Assembly (NCBI GenBank): GCA_041740355.1 | Contig: JBGSMD010000039.1 | Span: 32,001 to 96,000, forward strand | Direction: 5' to 3' | Source of the DNA: Bdellovibrionota bacterium | GTDB lineage: Bacteria; Bdellovibrionota_C; UBA2361; CALJRW01 | Length of the DNA: 64,000 nucleotides | In this document: positions 1-11,418 of the stretch, one piece after another | How the letters are laid out: each line of letters starts with the position of its first letter | How positions within the stretch are numbered: the stretch's first letter is position 1 | Translations under genes and position numbers: made by a program | The notes under the pieces: model-generated | Databases searched by the model: none | What the model was told of the DNA's origin: nothing | The model's input: only the letters and a program-made list of their open reading frames with translations

Positions 1-2
1 CT

Positions 3-581
3 AATCAAGTACTAAGCAGTGCTGTCGCAGTTGGTCTTTGGCTTACTAAAAATATTTCTATTGACCAAAAGATATTTATCTATGGGATGAATGGTCTACG
101 CGAACAAGTACTCAGCCTTGGCTATCAGCTTACTGAAGATCAAGATGCCGATCTTATCCTTGCTGGACTCAACATGGATATTACTTATGAAAAGTTAGCT
201 CGAGCTAGTTTAGCAATCCAAAATGGTGCTCGTTTGGTAGCCTCAAATGCCGATCTTACCTATCCTACAGAAAGAGGACTGCTCCCCGGAGCAGGAAGTA
301 CACTTAAAGCTTTGACTTCTGCTTCAGGAAAAGAACCAGAAGTTGTTCTAGGAAAACCAAGTAAAGAATTTTTTGCCTTAGCAGAAGATTTGCTACAGGT
401 GACGCCTAGTAAAATTTTAATGATTGGGGATCGACTGGATACAGATATTTTGGGTGCCAAGCAAGCTGGTATGAATACCCTATTAGTATTAACTGGAGTG
501 ACCAAAAAATCAGAATTAGCTAGTTCTGAAATTAGACCAGATTATATTCTTGAATCATTACTAAATATTGAGATCAAGTAA
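3..581 (+). CDS. HAD-IIA family hydrolase (NagD-like), 5'-partial
   Basis: Frame is open from the window start; motifs VLGKPS and MIGDRLDTDILGAKQAGM..LVLTGVT. Confidence 0.85.
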   Translation, partial: NQVLSSAVAVGLWLTKNISIDQKIFIYGMNGLREQVLSLGYQLTEDQDADLILAGLNMDITYEKLARASLAIQNGARLVASNADLTYPTERGLLPGAGSTLKALTSASGKEPEVVLGKPSKEFFALAEDLLQVTPSKILMIGDRLDTDILGAKQAGMNTLLVLTGVTKKSELASSEIRPDYILESLLNIEIK

Positions 582-592
582 TTAATTCATGA

Positions 593-1912
593 CTAAAGTG
601 AATTTAGGAAAAGTAATAAATCATCCCTTTCAGCTTTACTCAGATTTTTAAATAGTTGCTTAGAAAGCTCCGCTTCACCACCATGCCAAAGAATTGCTTC
701 TTCAATTGATCGGGCACGTCCGTCATGAAGAAATACTGGATTTTTCAAAGAAGGAGAAATTTCTTGAAAATATCCTAAACCCCAAAGCGGACTAGTTCTC
801 CACTCACTACCTAGAGCATCAAATTCAGCATGCTGATCGGCAAGCTCTGGTCCCATATCATGAAGTAACATGTCAGTGAATGGATGGATTACTTGATTTT
901 GTAATTCGGGATCAACATGAGTGCCTGTAGTTACGGTCATAGTGTGACAACTGTCACAACCAACTGCTTTAAAATTTTCTTTTCCAAAAAGAACTCTAGT
1001 ATCACTTTGGTTTCTAGCGCGTGGTACACCACCTATTCTTTGATAGATTGCTAGGCGGAATAAGGCATCATCAGAAACTTCGATCTTTCCATCTCCCGGA
1101 AAGAGCGAATTTTGAACGCGCATATCACTAAAAAACGCTGCGGCAGATTGTTGCTCCACAGTTGTATGGGTAGCTTTAAAACCAAATTTACCAATCCCCT
1201 TAATTCCTTTTCGAACATCAGGAACATAATTAACTTTGCCTGAAATCCCATCCTGATTAAGATCAAAAGGATCGCTCATTGCTAGAATCGTATCATCTGA
1301 TATTGCCTCCATTAATCCCATTCCAATAACTGGTGGAGTCATCCGAAGTGAATGAACAATTCTGCGAGGAATCATTCCATTGATGAAAAATTTTAATCTA
1401 GGTTTTCTAAGTTGATAGCTTGTACCATCTGGATAGCTACCCTCAAGATACTTCCATCTTAATCTTATATTATGTATATTTGTTTTATTACCTAAGGAAT
1501 GATTTCTTAACTGTTCCCCCACCCCTGGAATATTCCTAGTGGATCCATCAGCATTAAGTTTTGGTCGGCTAACCTTAATTACCATTGTTGTTCGCCTATC
1601 CGGAGCAAACGAGCCAATTGGTCCTCTGCCATTATTTAGGTGGCACCCATTACAGGAAGAATTAATAAAAGTAGGTCCTAAGCCTAATTTTTTGTTAAAA
1701 TTGCCATGAAAAACTCCAAATCCACTTCCTTGTAATGTTCTTCTCTCTATAGTTTGTATATTTGGAGCACCAACTTGAATGGAGTTTTTACCAATTAAAT
1801 CTGATGTTAAATCACCTCCAATTGAAGTTAGATCTTGAGCTGTAGCCCTAAAAGAACAAAGTAATATACAGAAAAAAACGGTTCGTAGAACTAATTCTCT
1901 TTTATTATTCAA
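593..1912 (-). CDS. Di-heme oxidoreductase (DHOR)-family protein
   Basis: Signal peptide, two CxxCH motifs (CNGCH, CDSCH), LLHDMG, WRTSPLWGLG, FLHDGRARSIEEAILWHGGEA. Confidence 0.85.
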   Translation of the reverse strand: MNNKRELVLRTVFFCILLCSFRATAQDLTSIGGDLTSDLIGKNSIQVGAPNIQTIERRTLQGSGFGVFHGNFNKKLGLGPTFINSSCNGCHLNNGRGPIGSFAPDRRTTMVIKVSRPKLNADGSTRNIPGVGEQLRNHSLGNKTNIHNIRLRWKYLEGSYPDGTSYQLRKPRLKFFINGMIPRRIVHSLRMTPPVIGMGLMEAISDDTILAMSDPFDLNQDGISGKVNYVPDVRKGIKGIGKFGFKATHTTVEQQSAAAFFSDMRVQNSLFPGDGKIEVSDDALFRLAIYQRIGGVPRARNQSDTRVLFGKENFKAVGCDSCHTMTVTTGTHVDPELQNQVIHPFTDMLLHDMGPELADQHAEFDALGSEWRTSPLWGLGYFQEISPSLKNPVFLHDGRARSIEEAILWHGGEAELSKQLFKNLSKAERDDLLLFLNSL

Positions 1913-1951
1913 TATTTAGCGAAATTAAAAAAACTGTCTAATGACATAATA

Positions 1952-2143
1952 TAGTAATGACAAGAAATAATTTACGTTAGTAAATTTAACAGAGTCATTA
2001 CGGCTAATGCAAATCTTGGAATCTTGTCACGCCAAAGCTTTAGCGTCGGCGATTATCCAAGTTTGCATAGCTAAAAACAACATAAATAGTGAGTCCAAGC
2101 AAAATCGTTAGTCTTTTAAAATAATTTATTTTTGGACTCACTA
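1952..2143 (-). mobile_element. MITE family A, copy 1 (carries an extra internal hairpin unit)
   Basis: Reverse-complement match to 27748-27907 and 57827-57987; flanked by TA at 1950-51 and 2144-45. Confidence 0.85.
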
Positions 2144-2529
2144 TATAAACCCAAAAATGCAATTTGCATTTTTCTAAGCAGTTTATCTAAAAACATAGTC
2201 AATTCTATTTTAACATATCAAACTTATTACTAAAATAGATTAAAGCCCATTTAATTGGCTTTAAAGGGATTGTTATTAGTTTTTGTATGTCTTACCTACT
2301 TATCTGACGTAAAGTATCGTCTGATTCTTCTAGATATCTTAGATTTATCAAATATTATGCCCAAACCTTTCTACAACGAAATTAAATATTAATTAAAGTG
2401 GCAAAATCTTGAATCGGCCAAATAGCTCTTAAACTCTCACAGGAGCGTCTTTCAGAAGCATAACTTTTTATAAGGCAAAGTTATGAATCATCATGACAAT
2501 ATGCCTAAAGGTTTTGCTACATTCGGCCG

Positions 2530-4191
2530 ATGATACTATCTATGGCAAGGACGCTAGTAGGTTTTATTCTTATAATCTTCATCTTTTCAGGATCAGCTCT
2601 AGCTGAAACCCTAGCTGGTTGGTCACACCTTAGTCCAGTTAATAATTCTACTGAAAAATCCGGAGTACTACTAAATGGTAATGCTGTAAATTATAGTTCC
2701 CCTAGAAGTGCAAACTTAGATGGCGATCCAACAAATGGACTAGAAACAGTTGTTGCCACTTCCGATGCTGTTGTTAATGCTGTAAGTGCCGATGGTAAAT
2801 TACTATGGTCTACACAACTACCAAATCATACCTGCACTGAAGCAAGTGCTGAAAATAAGCTTTTTTCTTCGGCAGCTGTCGGTAATATTTATGGTGATGG
2901 AAATATCCATGTTGTAGTTGGATATGGTGGTATAGGTGGCATCCCTTGTGGTGGCGGAGTACTGGCTCTTGATGGAAGAACTGGTCAACAGCTTTGGCAT
3001 TTTGATTTAAAAAAATTTGCCAAAGAACGTAATTTTGGAGCACCAATTGGTCATACAGTTTTTTCTTCACCTGTACTTAAAGATATTAATCGTGATGGAA
3101 AAATGGAAATTGCCTTTGGTAGTTATGATCGAAATATCTATGTTCTAAATACATATGGCGAGGCGGTTTGGTATTATCAAGCAGCCGATACAGTCTGGTC
3201 CTCAGGCTCATTTGCCGACATCGATGGGGATGGTCGTGATGAGCTAATTATTGGAACTGATATTTCTGAGAATAAATTCTTAACACCGGCAACTGAAAAT
3301 GGTGGTTATGTCTACGCCTTCAAAGTCAGAATAAAAAAGGAAAAGGCTCGCAAACGACAAGGATCAAGAAGACTTTTTAGTAAAAATTTAAAATTTTTCA
3401 ATTTTCAGAATCCAAAAGCATATTTTTGGAGAACTCATTTTCCACAAACTATTCACTCCACACCAAGTATTGGAGAACTAATTCCAGAAAATCCAGGCTT
3501 AGAAATTGCTGTTGGTACAGGCTGTTATTTCCCAGAAAACAATGACATCAAAGAAGGTCGTTGGATTAAAATTATCAGCTTGAAGACAGGTGCCGTTTTA
3601 AGAACATTAGATACTCCGGCATGCATGACTTCTTCCCCAGCAATTGCTGATATTGATGAAGATGGATTAAATGATGTTGTCGCTTATGCCAGTGGAAGTA
3701 AATCAATAGGTGCAGATGGTAAAAGTAAAGTCATGGCTTGGAATCCGAGAACGTCAACTCTATTATGGGAGACAAATCCCTTAGCTCAATCATTTAATGA
3801 TATTTGGGGGGGGCATTTCTCTTCACCAATAATCGCAGATTTGGATGGCACTGGATCATTGGAAGTTGTTGTTGGTAACATTAATGACTTAGTCATATTA
3901 GCAGGTAAAACAGGCGAACATTTAACTTGCAAAGCTGCAAATTGTGGAGATACAAGTAGATTATCAACTGGTGGTTTGATTCGAGGAACTCCGGAAGCAA
4001 TTGATTTGAATGCTGATGGAAAATTGGATTTAGTAATAGCTAGTCGTCGCAAATATTCATCCGCGATTTATGGTGCTCTGTTTGCCTGGACAAACCTAGA
4101 AGAAATAATAGATAGTGCTGACGGAATTCATCCTCCGTACTCTACACCATGGTCAATGTATAAAAATACGGTTCAAGGCAATGGTATCTAA
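2530..4191 (+). CDS. Secreted FG-GAP/VCBS-repeat beta-propeller protein
   Basis: Signal peptide; repeated SSP..ADxDGDGxxE motifs (DINRDGKMEI, DIDGDGRDEL, DLNADGKLDL). Confidence 0.8.
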   Translation: MILSMARTLVGFILIIFIFSGSALAETLAGWSHLSPVNNSTEKSGVLLNGNAVNYSSPRSANLDGDPTNGLETVVATSDAVVNAVSADGKLLWSTQLPNHTCTEASAENKLFSSAAVGNIYGDGNIHVVVGYGGIGGIPCGGGVLALDGRTGQQLWHFDLKKFAKERNFGAPIGHTVFSSPVLKDINRDGKMEIAFGSYDRNIYVLNTYGEAVWYYQAADTVWSSGSFADIDGDGRDELIIGTDISENKFLTPATENGGYVYAFKVRIKKEKARKRQGSRRLFSKNLKFFNFQNPKAYFWRTHFPQTIHSTPSIGELIPENPGLEIAVGTGCYFPENNDIKEGRWIKIISLKTGAVLRTLDTPACMTSSPAIADIDEDGLNDVVAYASGSKSIGADGKSKVMAWNPRTSTLLWETNPLAQSFNDIWGGHFSSPIIADLDGTGSLEVVVGNINDLVILAGKTGEHLTCKAANCGDTSRLSTGGLIRGTPEAIDLNADGKLDLVIASRRKYSSAIYGALFAWTNLEEIIDSADGIHPPYSTPWSMYKNTVQGNGI

Positions 4192-4281
4192 TTCTCCCCT
4201 TTTAGACCAACCCCCATTACTACAGTTATAGTCACAGAAACAGGGTCTCAAGAGAGGAGAACCAAATTATGAAAAGTTCGT

Positions 4282-5718
4282 TTATTCTTTGATGAATAAG
4301 AATAAATTCCCACCCTTCCGTTTGATTGTTAAGCGAATCCCCTTTTTAAGATCTAATTTTTCAATTGAAGAATAAAAATTATTAGCAGATTTAATTTCGT
4401 CGTTATTAATCTTAAGAAGAACATCTCCTTTACTTAATCCATTAAATTGAGCCAAACTTCCAGGCTGAACTTGCGTGATAACAACTCCGTTATCCTCTTC
4501 TAAACCCATACGAGCTTTAAGTTGAGGATCAATATCACTCACTTGAACTCCCAGATTATTCTCATTAATCTTTTCGGAGACACTAGGCATAGGACTTTCA
4601 TTTCCCAGCAGACCTACTTTCATTGATAATTCCTTGAATTTACCTTCGCGGAAAACTTTTAATGCCACAGATTTCTCCGGACTTGTCTGTCCAACTAAGT
4701 TTCTAAGTTGACTTGGGTCTTTAATTTTATGACCATCAAATTCAACTATAATGTCACCGGCATGAACTCCACCAATTTCTGCTGGGCCACCAATATTTAC
4801 TTCAGAAACTAATGCACCATCAGTTTCTTCAAAGGCAAAAGAGGCCGCCATATCTTCATCCAGTTTCTGGATCATCACACCTAAGAATCCACGAACTACT
4901 TTTCCATCTTTAATTAAGCTATCCATGATAGAACGAACCATGTTTACTGGAATTGCAAACCCAACTCCCATATATCCACCACTCTTAGAAAATATTGCCG
5001 TGTTAATTCCAATGACATCTCCGTTTAAGCTAACCAGAGGACCACCGCTATTCCCTGGATTAATTGCAGCATCAGTTTGGATAAAGTCTTCATAATCAGC
5101 AATCCCCACGTTAGAACGTCCAGTAGCACTAATAATTCCAGCAGTAATAGTTTGTGTTAAGTTAAATGGAGCACCAGCAGCAACTACCCACTGTCCAACT
5201 TTTAAGTCATCAGAGTTACCCAATTTGGCAAATTTCAAATCTTTTTGATCGATTTTAATTACTGCAATATCACTTTTAGGATCGGCTCCTACTAATTTAG
5301 CATCGTATTTTTTTTCATTATACATTACAACTTCAATCTCATCTGCTCCTTCAATCACGTGGTTGTTAGTCAAGATGTAACCATCATCGGAAACAACTAC
5401 ACCACTTCCCATTCCTCGACTAGGTGCGCCACTATCAGGCATTTGCTCAAAAAATCTTTCTAAAAACTCTTCATTAAAAAAATTATCAAGCGGTGCTTGG
5501 CCAGGAGCTTGAGGCGACTTCTTCATATTATTAGCTATTTTTTTAGCTTTCTTAATTGAGCTAATAGAAACAACGCTCGGTTTAATTACATTACTTACTC
5601 GTTCAAATGCGGAAGAAAGATTGTCAATTAACTTTAGCTCTTCGGCAACTTCAGACTCTTCGGCAAATAATGGAAAAGAAAAGCAAAGTAAAAATAGGAA
5701 AATAAATTTAATTTTCAT
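4282..5718 (-). CDS. DegP/DegQ (HtrA) periplasmic serine protease
   Basis: LTNNHV, DIAV and QTDAAINPGNSGGPL motifs; two PDZ domains. Confidence 0.93.
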   Translation of the reverse strand: MKIKFIFLFLLCFSFPLFAEESEVAEELKLIDNLSSAFERVSNVIKPSVVSISSIKKAKKIANNMKKSPQAPGQAPLDNFFNEEFLERFFEQMPDSGAPSRGMGSGVVVSDDGYILTNNHVIEGADEIEVVMYNEKKYDAKLVGADPKSDIAVIKIDQKDLKFAKLGNSDDLKVGQWVVAAGAPFNLTQTITAGIISATGRSNVGIADYEDFIQTDAAINPGNSGGPLVSLNGDVIGINTAIFSKSGGYMGVGFAIPVNMVRSIMDSLIKDGKVVRGFLGVMIQKLDEDMAASFAFEETDGALVSEVNIGGPAEIGGVHAGDIIVEFDGHKIKDPSQLRNLVGQTSPEKSVALKVFREGKFKELSMKVGLLGNESPMPSVSEKINENNLGVQVSDIDPQLKARMGLEEDNGVVITQVQPGSLAQFNGLSKGDVLLKINNDEIKSANNFYSSIEKLDLKKGIRLTIKRKGGNLFLFIKE

Positions 5719-5929
5719 AAAAACACAAATATTTAAATTTTAATAAGACTTGATAACGTAGACGACAAACTGGATTTTCTATTCAGTCAAATTTAGGACG
5801 TAACTACTATCAAAAATTTATGCGGAATTAACTAATGATCCTATTATGGCTTAAACTAATTCCAGATTGTATACAAAACAGGCACATTTTGAAGAGCCTT
5901 GATTCTATATAAACCGAGATAACAAAATA

Positions 5930-6235
5930 CTATATAACTGTTAAGTTAACAATTAGGTCTTTATTATCGGAATCCGAGATCAAGTTAAAAATTGATTTTT
6001 TACATTTTCGGCAAGAGAAAAGGAGTTTTGCTGGTTGCCCCCCAACCAACTTTACCCCAATAGCATCCATTAAACCTTGACAACTTGCCTCTCGATCCCC
6101 CGGGAAATTTAAATCAACATGTTTTGAAGTCAGGCAATTTGGGCAATGATTAGTATATCCAGATCCACTTACTTCCTGCCCACAGGATTCACAGATAAAA
6201 TTTTCTTTGCGTTTAATAAATCCTCTGCTGATCAT
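5930..6235 (-). CDS. RNHCP-domain zinc-binding protein
   Basis: FICESCG..YTNHCPNCLTSKHVD..PGDR..C.GLM. Confidence 0.8.
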   Translation of the reverse strand: MISRGFIKRKENFICESCGQEVSGSGYTNHCPNCLTSKHVDLNFPGDREASCQGLMDAIGVKLVGGQPAKLLFSCRKCKKSIFNLISDSDNKDLIVNLTVI

Positions 6236-6367
6236 TTTTGAAAATAATAAGTATAATTAAAGCAGGATGGGGTTATTTTATGGGGCAAAATAACTTAGCT
6301 AATATTTTATTTGCCCGCCGTCATTCATTTTATGTCAAAAGGAATAAAGCTTGGTTTAAATAACAAA

Positions 6368-7378
6368 CTACCTTTCTCGATCTCTTAAATAAACATACAA
6401 ATCAGAAACAGGAAAATCTCTACTAGCATTCTTTAGTCCATAGGCTGTTTCGGCGGAAGCGTTCGTATCAAACTGATAGTAATAAAACCGATCCACTCTG
6501 GCAATTTTGTCCTGTAGATATGGCCAAGTTTTTTCTACATAGGACAACTGTTTATTATAACCTTGCTCTCCTGATTCTGTAACCCAAATGCGCTTACTTA
6601 GTCCATTTAAAAAGTCAGCAATTCCATTATCGTCAATCACTCGTTCATACTGTTCTCCATAGTAATGGATGGCAAAAACATCTAAATAATCCTCAGCGCC
6701 AATTTCAATTAAACGCTTATTATAATTAAGAGTTGTCCGATAATCCTGATTAATAGCTGTAGTTGCAGCATTGACAACAAGCTTGGATGGAGCAATGTCT
6801 TTGGTGATGCTGAAGGCACGAGCTAGCATTTCTAAATAATTTTCAGGAATTGTTGCTATTTCAAGTACTGCATTTTCTGAATTAGCAACCATATTAGGCT
6901 CATTCCAAACTTGGTAGGCCGTAACTCTAGGATTATCTTTGTATCGATTGACGACTTTTTTATACCAAAGATCAATAAAGGTACTACGAATATTCCCATC
7001 GGAGCTCCAGTTGGCACTAGAATTCATCCATGAGGGTAGACCATTTACAACAAGTAAAGCCTCCGCGCCAACAGGCAAGCAATTAATTAGCTCATCATAG
7101 AAGGAAAAATTTGGATTAGAATTACGACTCGGCTGAACCGAATCATTCCAGTTGATTAAAACTCGATAATATCTCAGGTCAAGACTATTCTTAATTTCTG
7201 CATACTGCTGACAAGCGGTACCAAATTCACTGTTATTTCCAAAAGCATTGATTCCCATTTTAGAGACATCAATCTTCTTGCGATCAACACCATCAATAAC
7301 TTCTACTAAATCCTTAACCTCAGAAGAATCACATGCTAAAAAAAAGAATAAGAATATTAATAAGAGTTTATTTTTCAT
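6368..7378 (-). CDS. Clan-A glycoside hydrolase lipoprotein (GH39/GH5-like)
   Basis: Lipobox FLAC; acid/base motif VWNEPN; nucleophile motif IWVTESG. Confidence 0.7.
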   Translation of the reverse strand: MKNKLLLIFLFFFLACDSSEVKDLVEVIDGVDRKKIDVSKMGINAFGNNSEFGTACQQYAEIKNSLDLRYYRVLINWNDSVQPSRNSNPNFSFYDELINCLPVGAEALLVVNGLPSWMNSSANWSSDGNIRSTFIDLWYKKVVNRYKDNPRVTAYQVWNEPNMVANSENAVLEIATIPENYLEMLARAFSITKDIAPSKLVVNAATTAINQDYRTTLNYNKRLIEIGAEDYLDVFAIHYYGEQYERVIDDNGIADFLNGLSKRIWVTESGEQGYNKQLSYVEKTWPYLQDKIARVDRFYYYQFDTNASAETAYGLKNASRDFPVSDLYVYLRDRER

Positions 7379-7422
7379 AGGCTACTAATCTATATAATTT
7401 ATAATGTTCGGACAAGGTCTTA

Positions 7423-8334
7423 CTATACCAAGATGGATTGGAGTGGCTTGGCTTGAAATTCGTTAATTATGTCATTTAAAGTCTGATCCAATGGAATGCT
7501 TGGAGACCAAGCCAAATCAGTTTTAACTTTTTGATTGTCACCCATCAAAATTGGAAGATCGTTTTTTCGATAAAGTGTTGGGTCAACCTCAATTTCTACT
7601 TTCAAGTCTAGAATATTAATTACCCTATTTAACAAATCGTTAATACTTATAACCTTGCTAGAGCAAAGATTATAAATACCAGCACCCGCAGTTAGTGCTA
7701 AACAATAAGCCTTAACAATATCGCGTACATCGGTAAAATCACGCTCGGCTGATAAGTTTCCTACTTTTAAGATCGGTTCTTGTTGCTGATTTTTTATGGC
7801 TACTAACTGGCGAACGAAGTTGGGTAAAACAAAGGAAGGATTTTGTCTGGGACCAATATGATTAAAGGAACGAAAGATGACTATCGGAACTTGGCTTTCT
7901 CGTTGGTATTTTAGAACTAACTCTTCCGCCATGAACTTTGTAATTGCGTAATTATTATCTGGTCGAACAGGAGAAGTTTCAGTTAATGGCACATCTGCTG
8001 CACCTACAATACCATAAACATTTGCGGTACTAATAAAAATAATTCGAGGAGCTTTAGCGAGAAGCTGGGCTGATTTAAGAATATTATATGTTCCTGTGAC
8101 ATTAACTGCTATAGCTTCTTCAAAGCTCTCCTCACAGGTTGGAACGTGCGCTAATGCCGCAAGATGGTAAATTGCATCCGGATTAAAATTAGTAATTAAA
8201 TGACTTACCGCGGAAAAATTCCGAATGTCACAAGTGTGGCAATCGAGAGAAAGAATCTGATGCCCAAGCGAAGTTAGTTCTTCAAAAAGATATGACCCAA
8301 CAAATCCTGTTCCACCTGTAATTAGAATTTTCAT
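7423..8334 (-). CDS. rmd: GDP-4-dehydro-6-deoxy-D-mannose reductase-like SDR
   Basis: GGTGFVG, YAITK, FNHIGPRQ, GNLSAERDFTDVRD; adjacent to gmd. Confidence 0.7.
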   Translation of the reverse strand: MKILITGGTGFVGSYLFEELTSLGHQILSLDCHTCDIRNFSAVSHLITNFNPDAIYHLAALAHVPTCEESFEEAIAVNVTGTYNILKSAQLLAKAPRIIFISTANVYGIVGAADVPLTETSPVRPDNNYAITKFMAEELVLKYQRESQVPIVIFRSFNHIGPRQNPSFVLPNFVRQLVAIKNQQQEPILKVGNLSAERDFTDVRDIVKAYCLALTAGAGIYNLCSSKVISINDLLNRVINILDLKVEIEVDPTLYRKNDLPILMGDNQKVKTDLAWSPSIPLDQTLNDIINEFQAKPLQSILV

Positions 8335-8364
8335 ACTTAAATATCAACTCTTTCCAAGGGTGCA

Positions 8365-9336
<972 letters not shown>

Positions 9337-9473
9337 TCATCTTAATAAAATGTTGGCAAATGTTACCTCAAACTTGTAAAAAGTACAATTTAACTAATGC
9401 AATAATCAAAAGTTTTTGTTAAGTTTTAGCTATTATAAGCCTCTGGATTTAAGTTTCTCTAAATTCTAAGCAG

Positions 9474-10541
9474 TTAGAGTAAATCGGAACGATTCATTCT
9501 CTGTAACTCCATAACAATCTCTTTAACGCTTTGAGCATCTTGTTTTTTACAGACTAAAAGTGCTTCTTCGGTATCAACAATTATTAAATCATCAATACCA
9601 TATAAGGCAACTAACTTTTTACTATCTGATACCTTAATCATATTATTACTAGATTTAAGACAAACTGCCTGGCCTTGAATTGTATTGGCATTCACGTCAG
9701 GTGCGTGAAAATCTGCCCAAACATCCCAAGAGCCTATATCACTCCACCCCAAATTGTGTGCTTGAAAGAGTGTTAGTGATTTAGTTTTTTCAAGTATGCC
9801 ATTATCGATGGAAATTGAAGGTACTGCTTCAAAAAACTCACGAGTTATTTCAAATTCTTGATCAGTACCAATTGAATTTTGTAATCTTGGTATCCAGTTG
9901 CCAATTTCCGGTAGACACTCATGAAAAGCCTTGATTAACTGGCTAACTTTCCAAATAAAAATTCCGGGATTCCAGAAAAAATTACCCGCTAGGACAAATT
10001 TCTTTGCAGTTTCTAAGTCTGGTTTCTCTAAGAATTGTCTAACTTTAAAACAGTCTTTGATAGTTTCGTCGGCTGCTTCAATATAACCATACCCAGTATT
10101 TGGAAATTCTGGAGGAACTGCCACAAGGCCTAAAGTTTCGTTTTTTTCTATATAGTTAACAGCCAGATTAATTACTCTTTGGAACTCAGCTTCATTTTTG
10201 ATAGCCGCATCAGACCAAGTTGTTAACATCAAAGCATTCGGATCGATCTTAGAAAGAATTGCGGCTGCTAATGCAATTGGTGCTGCCGTATTTTTTGCTA
10301 TTGGCTCAGTAACTATCTTTGCTTTCGGCAAATGTTCGGCGCAAAGTTCGGCATGGTTGGCACTTGTCACAACTAGTATTTGTTCTTTAGTGACCAAGGC
10401 CATTCGTTCTGCTGTTGCTTGAATTAAACTATGACTACCATCCCCAAATTTTAAAAATTGCTTTGGCAAATCTTTACGACTCATTGGCCAAAAACGTGTT
10501 CCGCTTCCTCCAGCAATTATTACAGGATAAATCTTACTCAT
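9474..10541 (-). CDS. manC: Mannose-1-phosphate guanylyltransferase
   Basis: IIAGGSGTRFWPMSR..PKQFL, TGYGYI, EKPD, GWSDIGSW; no C-terminal cupin isomerase domain. Confidence 0.9.
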   Translation of the reverse strand: MSKIYPVIIAGGSGTRFWPMSRKDLPKQFLKFGDGSHSLIQATAERMALVTKEQILVVTSANHAELCAEHLPKAKIVTEPIAKNTAAPIALAAAILSKIDPNALMLTTWSDAAIKNEAEFQRVINLAVNYIEKNETLGLVAVPPEFPNTGYGYIEAADETIKDCFKVRQFLEKPDLETAKKFVLAGNFFWNPGIFIWKVSQLIKAFHECLPEIGNWIPRLQNSIGTDQEFEITREFFEAVPSISIDNGILEKTKSLTLFQAHNLGWSDIGSWDVWADFHAPDVNANTIQGQAVCLKSSNNMIKVSDSKKLVALYGIDDLIIVDTEEALLVCKKQDAQSVKEIVMELQRMNRSDLL

Positions 10542-10542
10542 T

Positions 10543-11418
10543 TTATTGTTGAAAATTGATTTGTTTTAAATGTGAAAGCAGACCATCTCTCCAAGTAATT
10601 GGTGGGTATCCTAAAATATCAGCCAATTTAGTACTATCTAAAGCAGAAAATTCTGGTCGCTTTGCTGGACGATTAAAATTAGCCGCAGAAACTGGGTTAA
10701 GTTTAAAATCTTTTTTTATCCGTGGATTGTGTTCTTTGGATAATTCAAGGATTGCTTCAGCAAAATCATACCAAGTAAGCGCCCCCTCGCCTGCTGCATG
10801 AATAATCCCACTAGCTCTAATCCTTGTTAAATCAAGAACCATTTCTGCTAACCAACCAGCCCAAGTTACGGTCATAAATTGATCGTTAACGATATCTAAT
10901 GAATTCTTCTCTTGAAAGAGTCGCAACATGGTATGCACAAAATTATTTCCTCTTTGTCCATGTAAAGATGAAGTTCTAATAATTAAAGCCTTATCACCTA
11001 AAATCTCCAAGGCAACTTTTTCGCCAGCTAGTTTTGATTTGCCATAAACATTTAGAGGATTTGTATCATCTGTTTCTTGATAAGCTGAACCTTTTTTGCC
11101 ATCAAAAACATAGTCCGTAGAAATTGAAACTAAATAAGAATTATTTCTAGCCACTGCCGTAGCAATATTCTTAACTCCTAATTCGTTAATCTCAAATGCT
11201 CTTTGTGGTTCGGTTTCGGCGAGATCCACTGCTGTATAAGCCGCACAATTGATCACAACATCTGGTGTAAACTTTTCTACTAAGAAATCGACTTGCTCGG
11301 CAAGTGTAACATCGACCTCAGATGTTACTGGAGAAATAATTTTAAAATTTAAATCTTTACAGCGCGAGATGATTTCGTAACCTAACTGGCCTGAACCTCC
11401 GAAAAGTAATAATTTCAT
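10543..11418 (-). CDS. rfbD: dTDP-4-dehydrorhamnose reductase
   Basis: GGSGQLG, NCAAYTAVD, STDYVFDG, YGKSKLAGE. Confidence 0.93.
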   Translation of the reverse strand: MKLLLFGGSGQLGYEIISRCKDLNFKIISPVTSEVDVTLAEQVDFLVEKFTPDVVINCAAYTAVDLAETEPQRAFEINELGVKNIATAVARNNSYLVSISTDYVFDGKKGSAYQETDDTNPLNVYGKSKLAGEKVALEILGDKALIIRTSSLHGQRGNNFVHTMLRLFQEKNSLDIVNDQFMTVTWAGWLAEMVLDLTRIRASGIIHAAGEGALTWYDFAEAILELSKEHNPRIKKDFKLNPVSAANFNRPAKRPEFSALDSTKLADILGYPPITWRDGLLSHLKQINFQQ

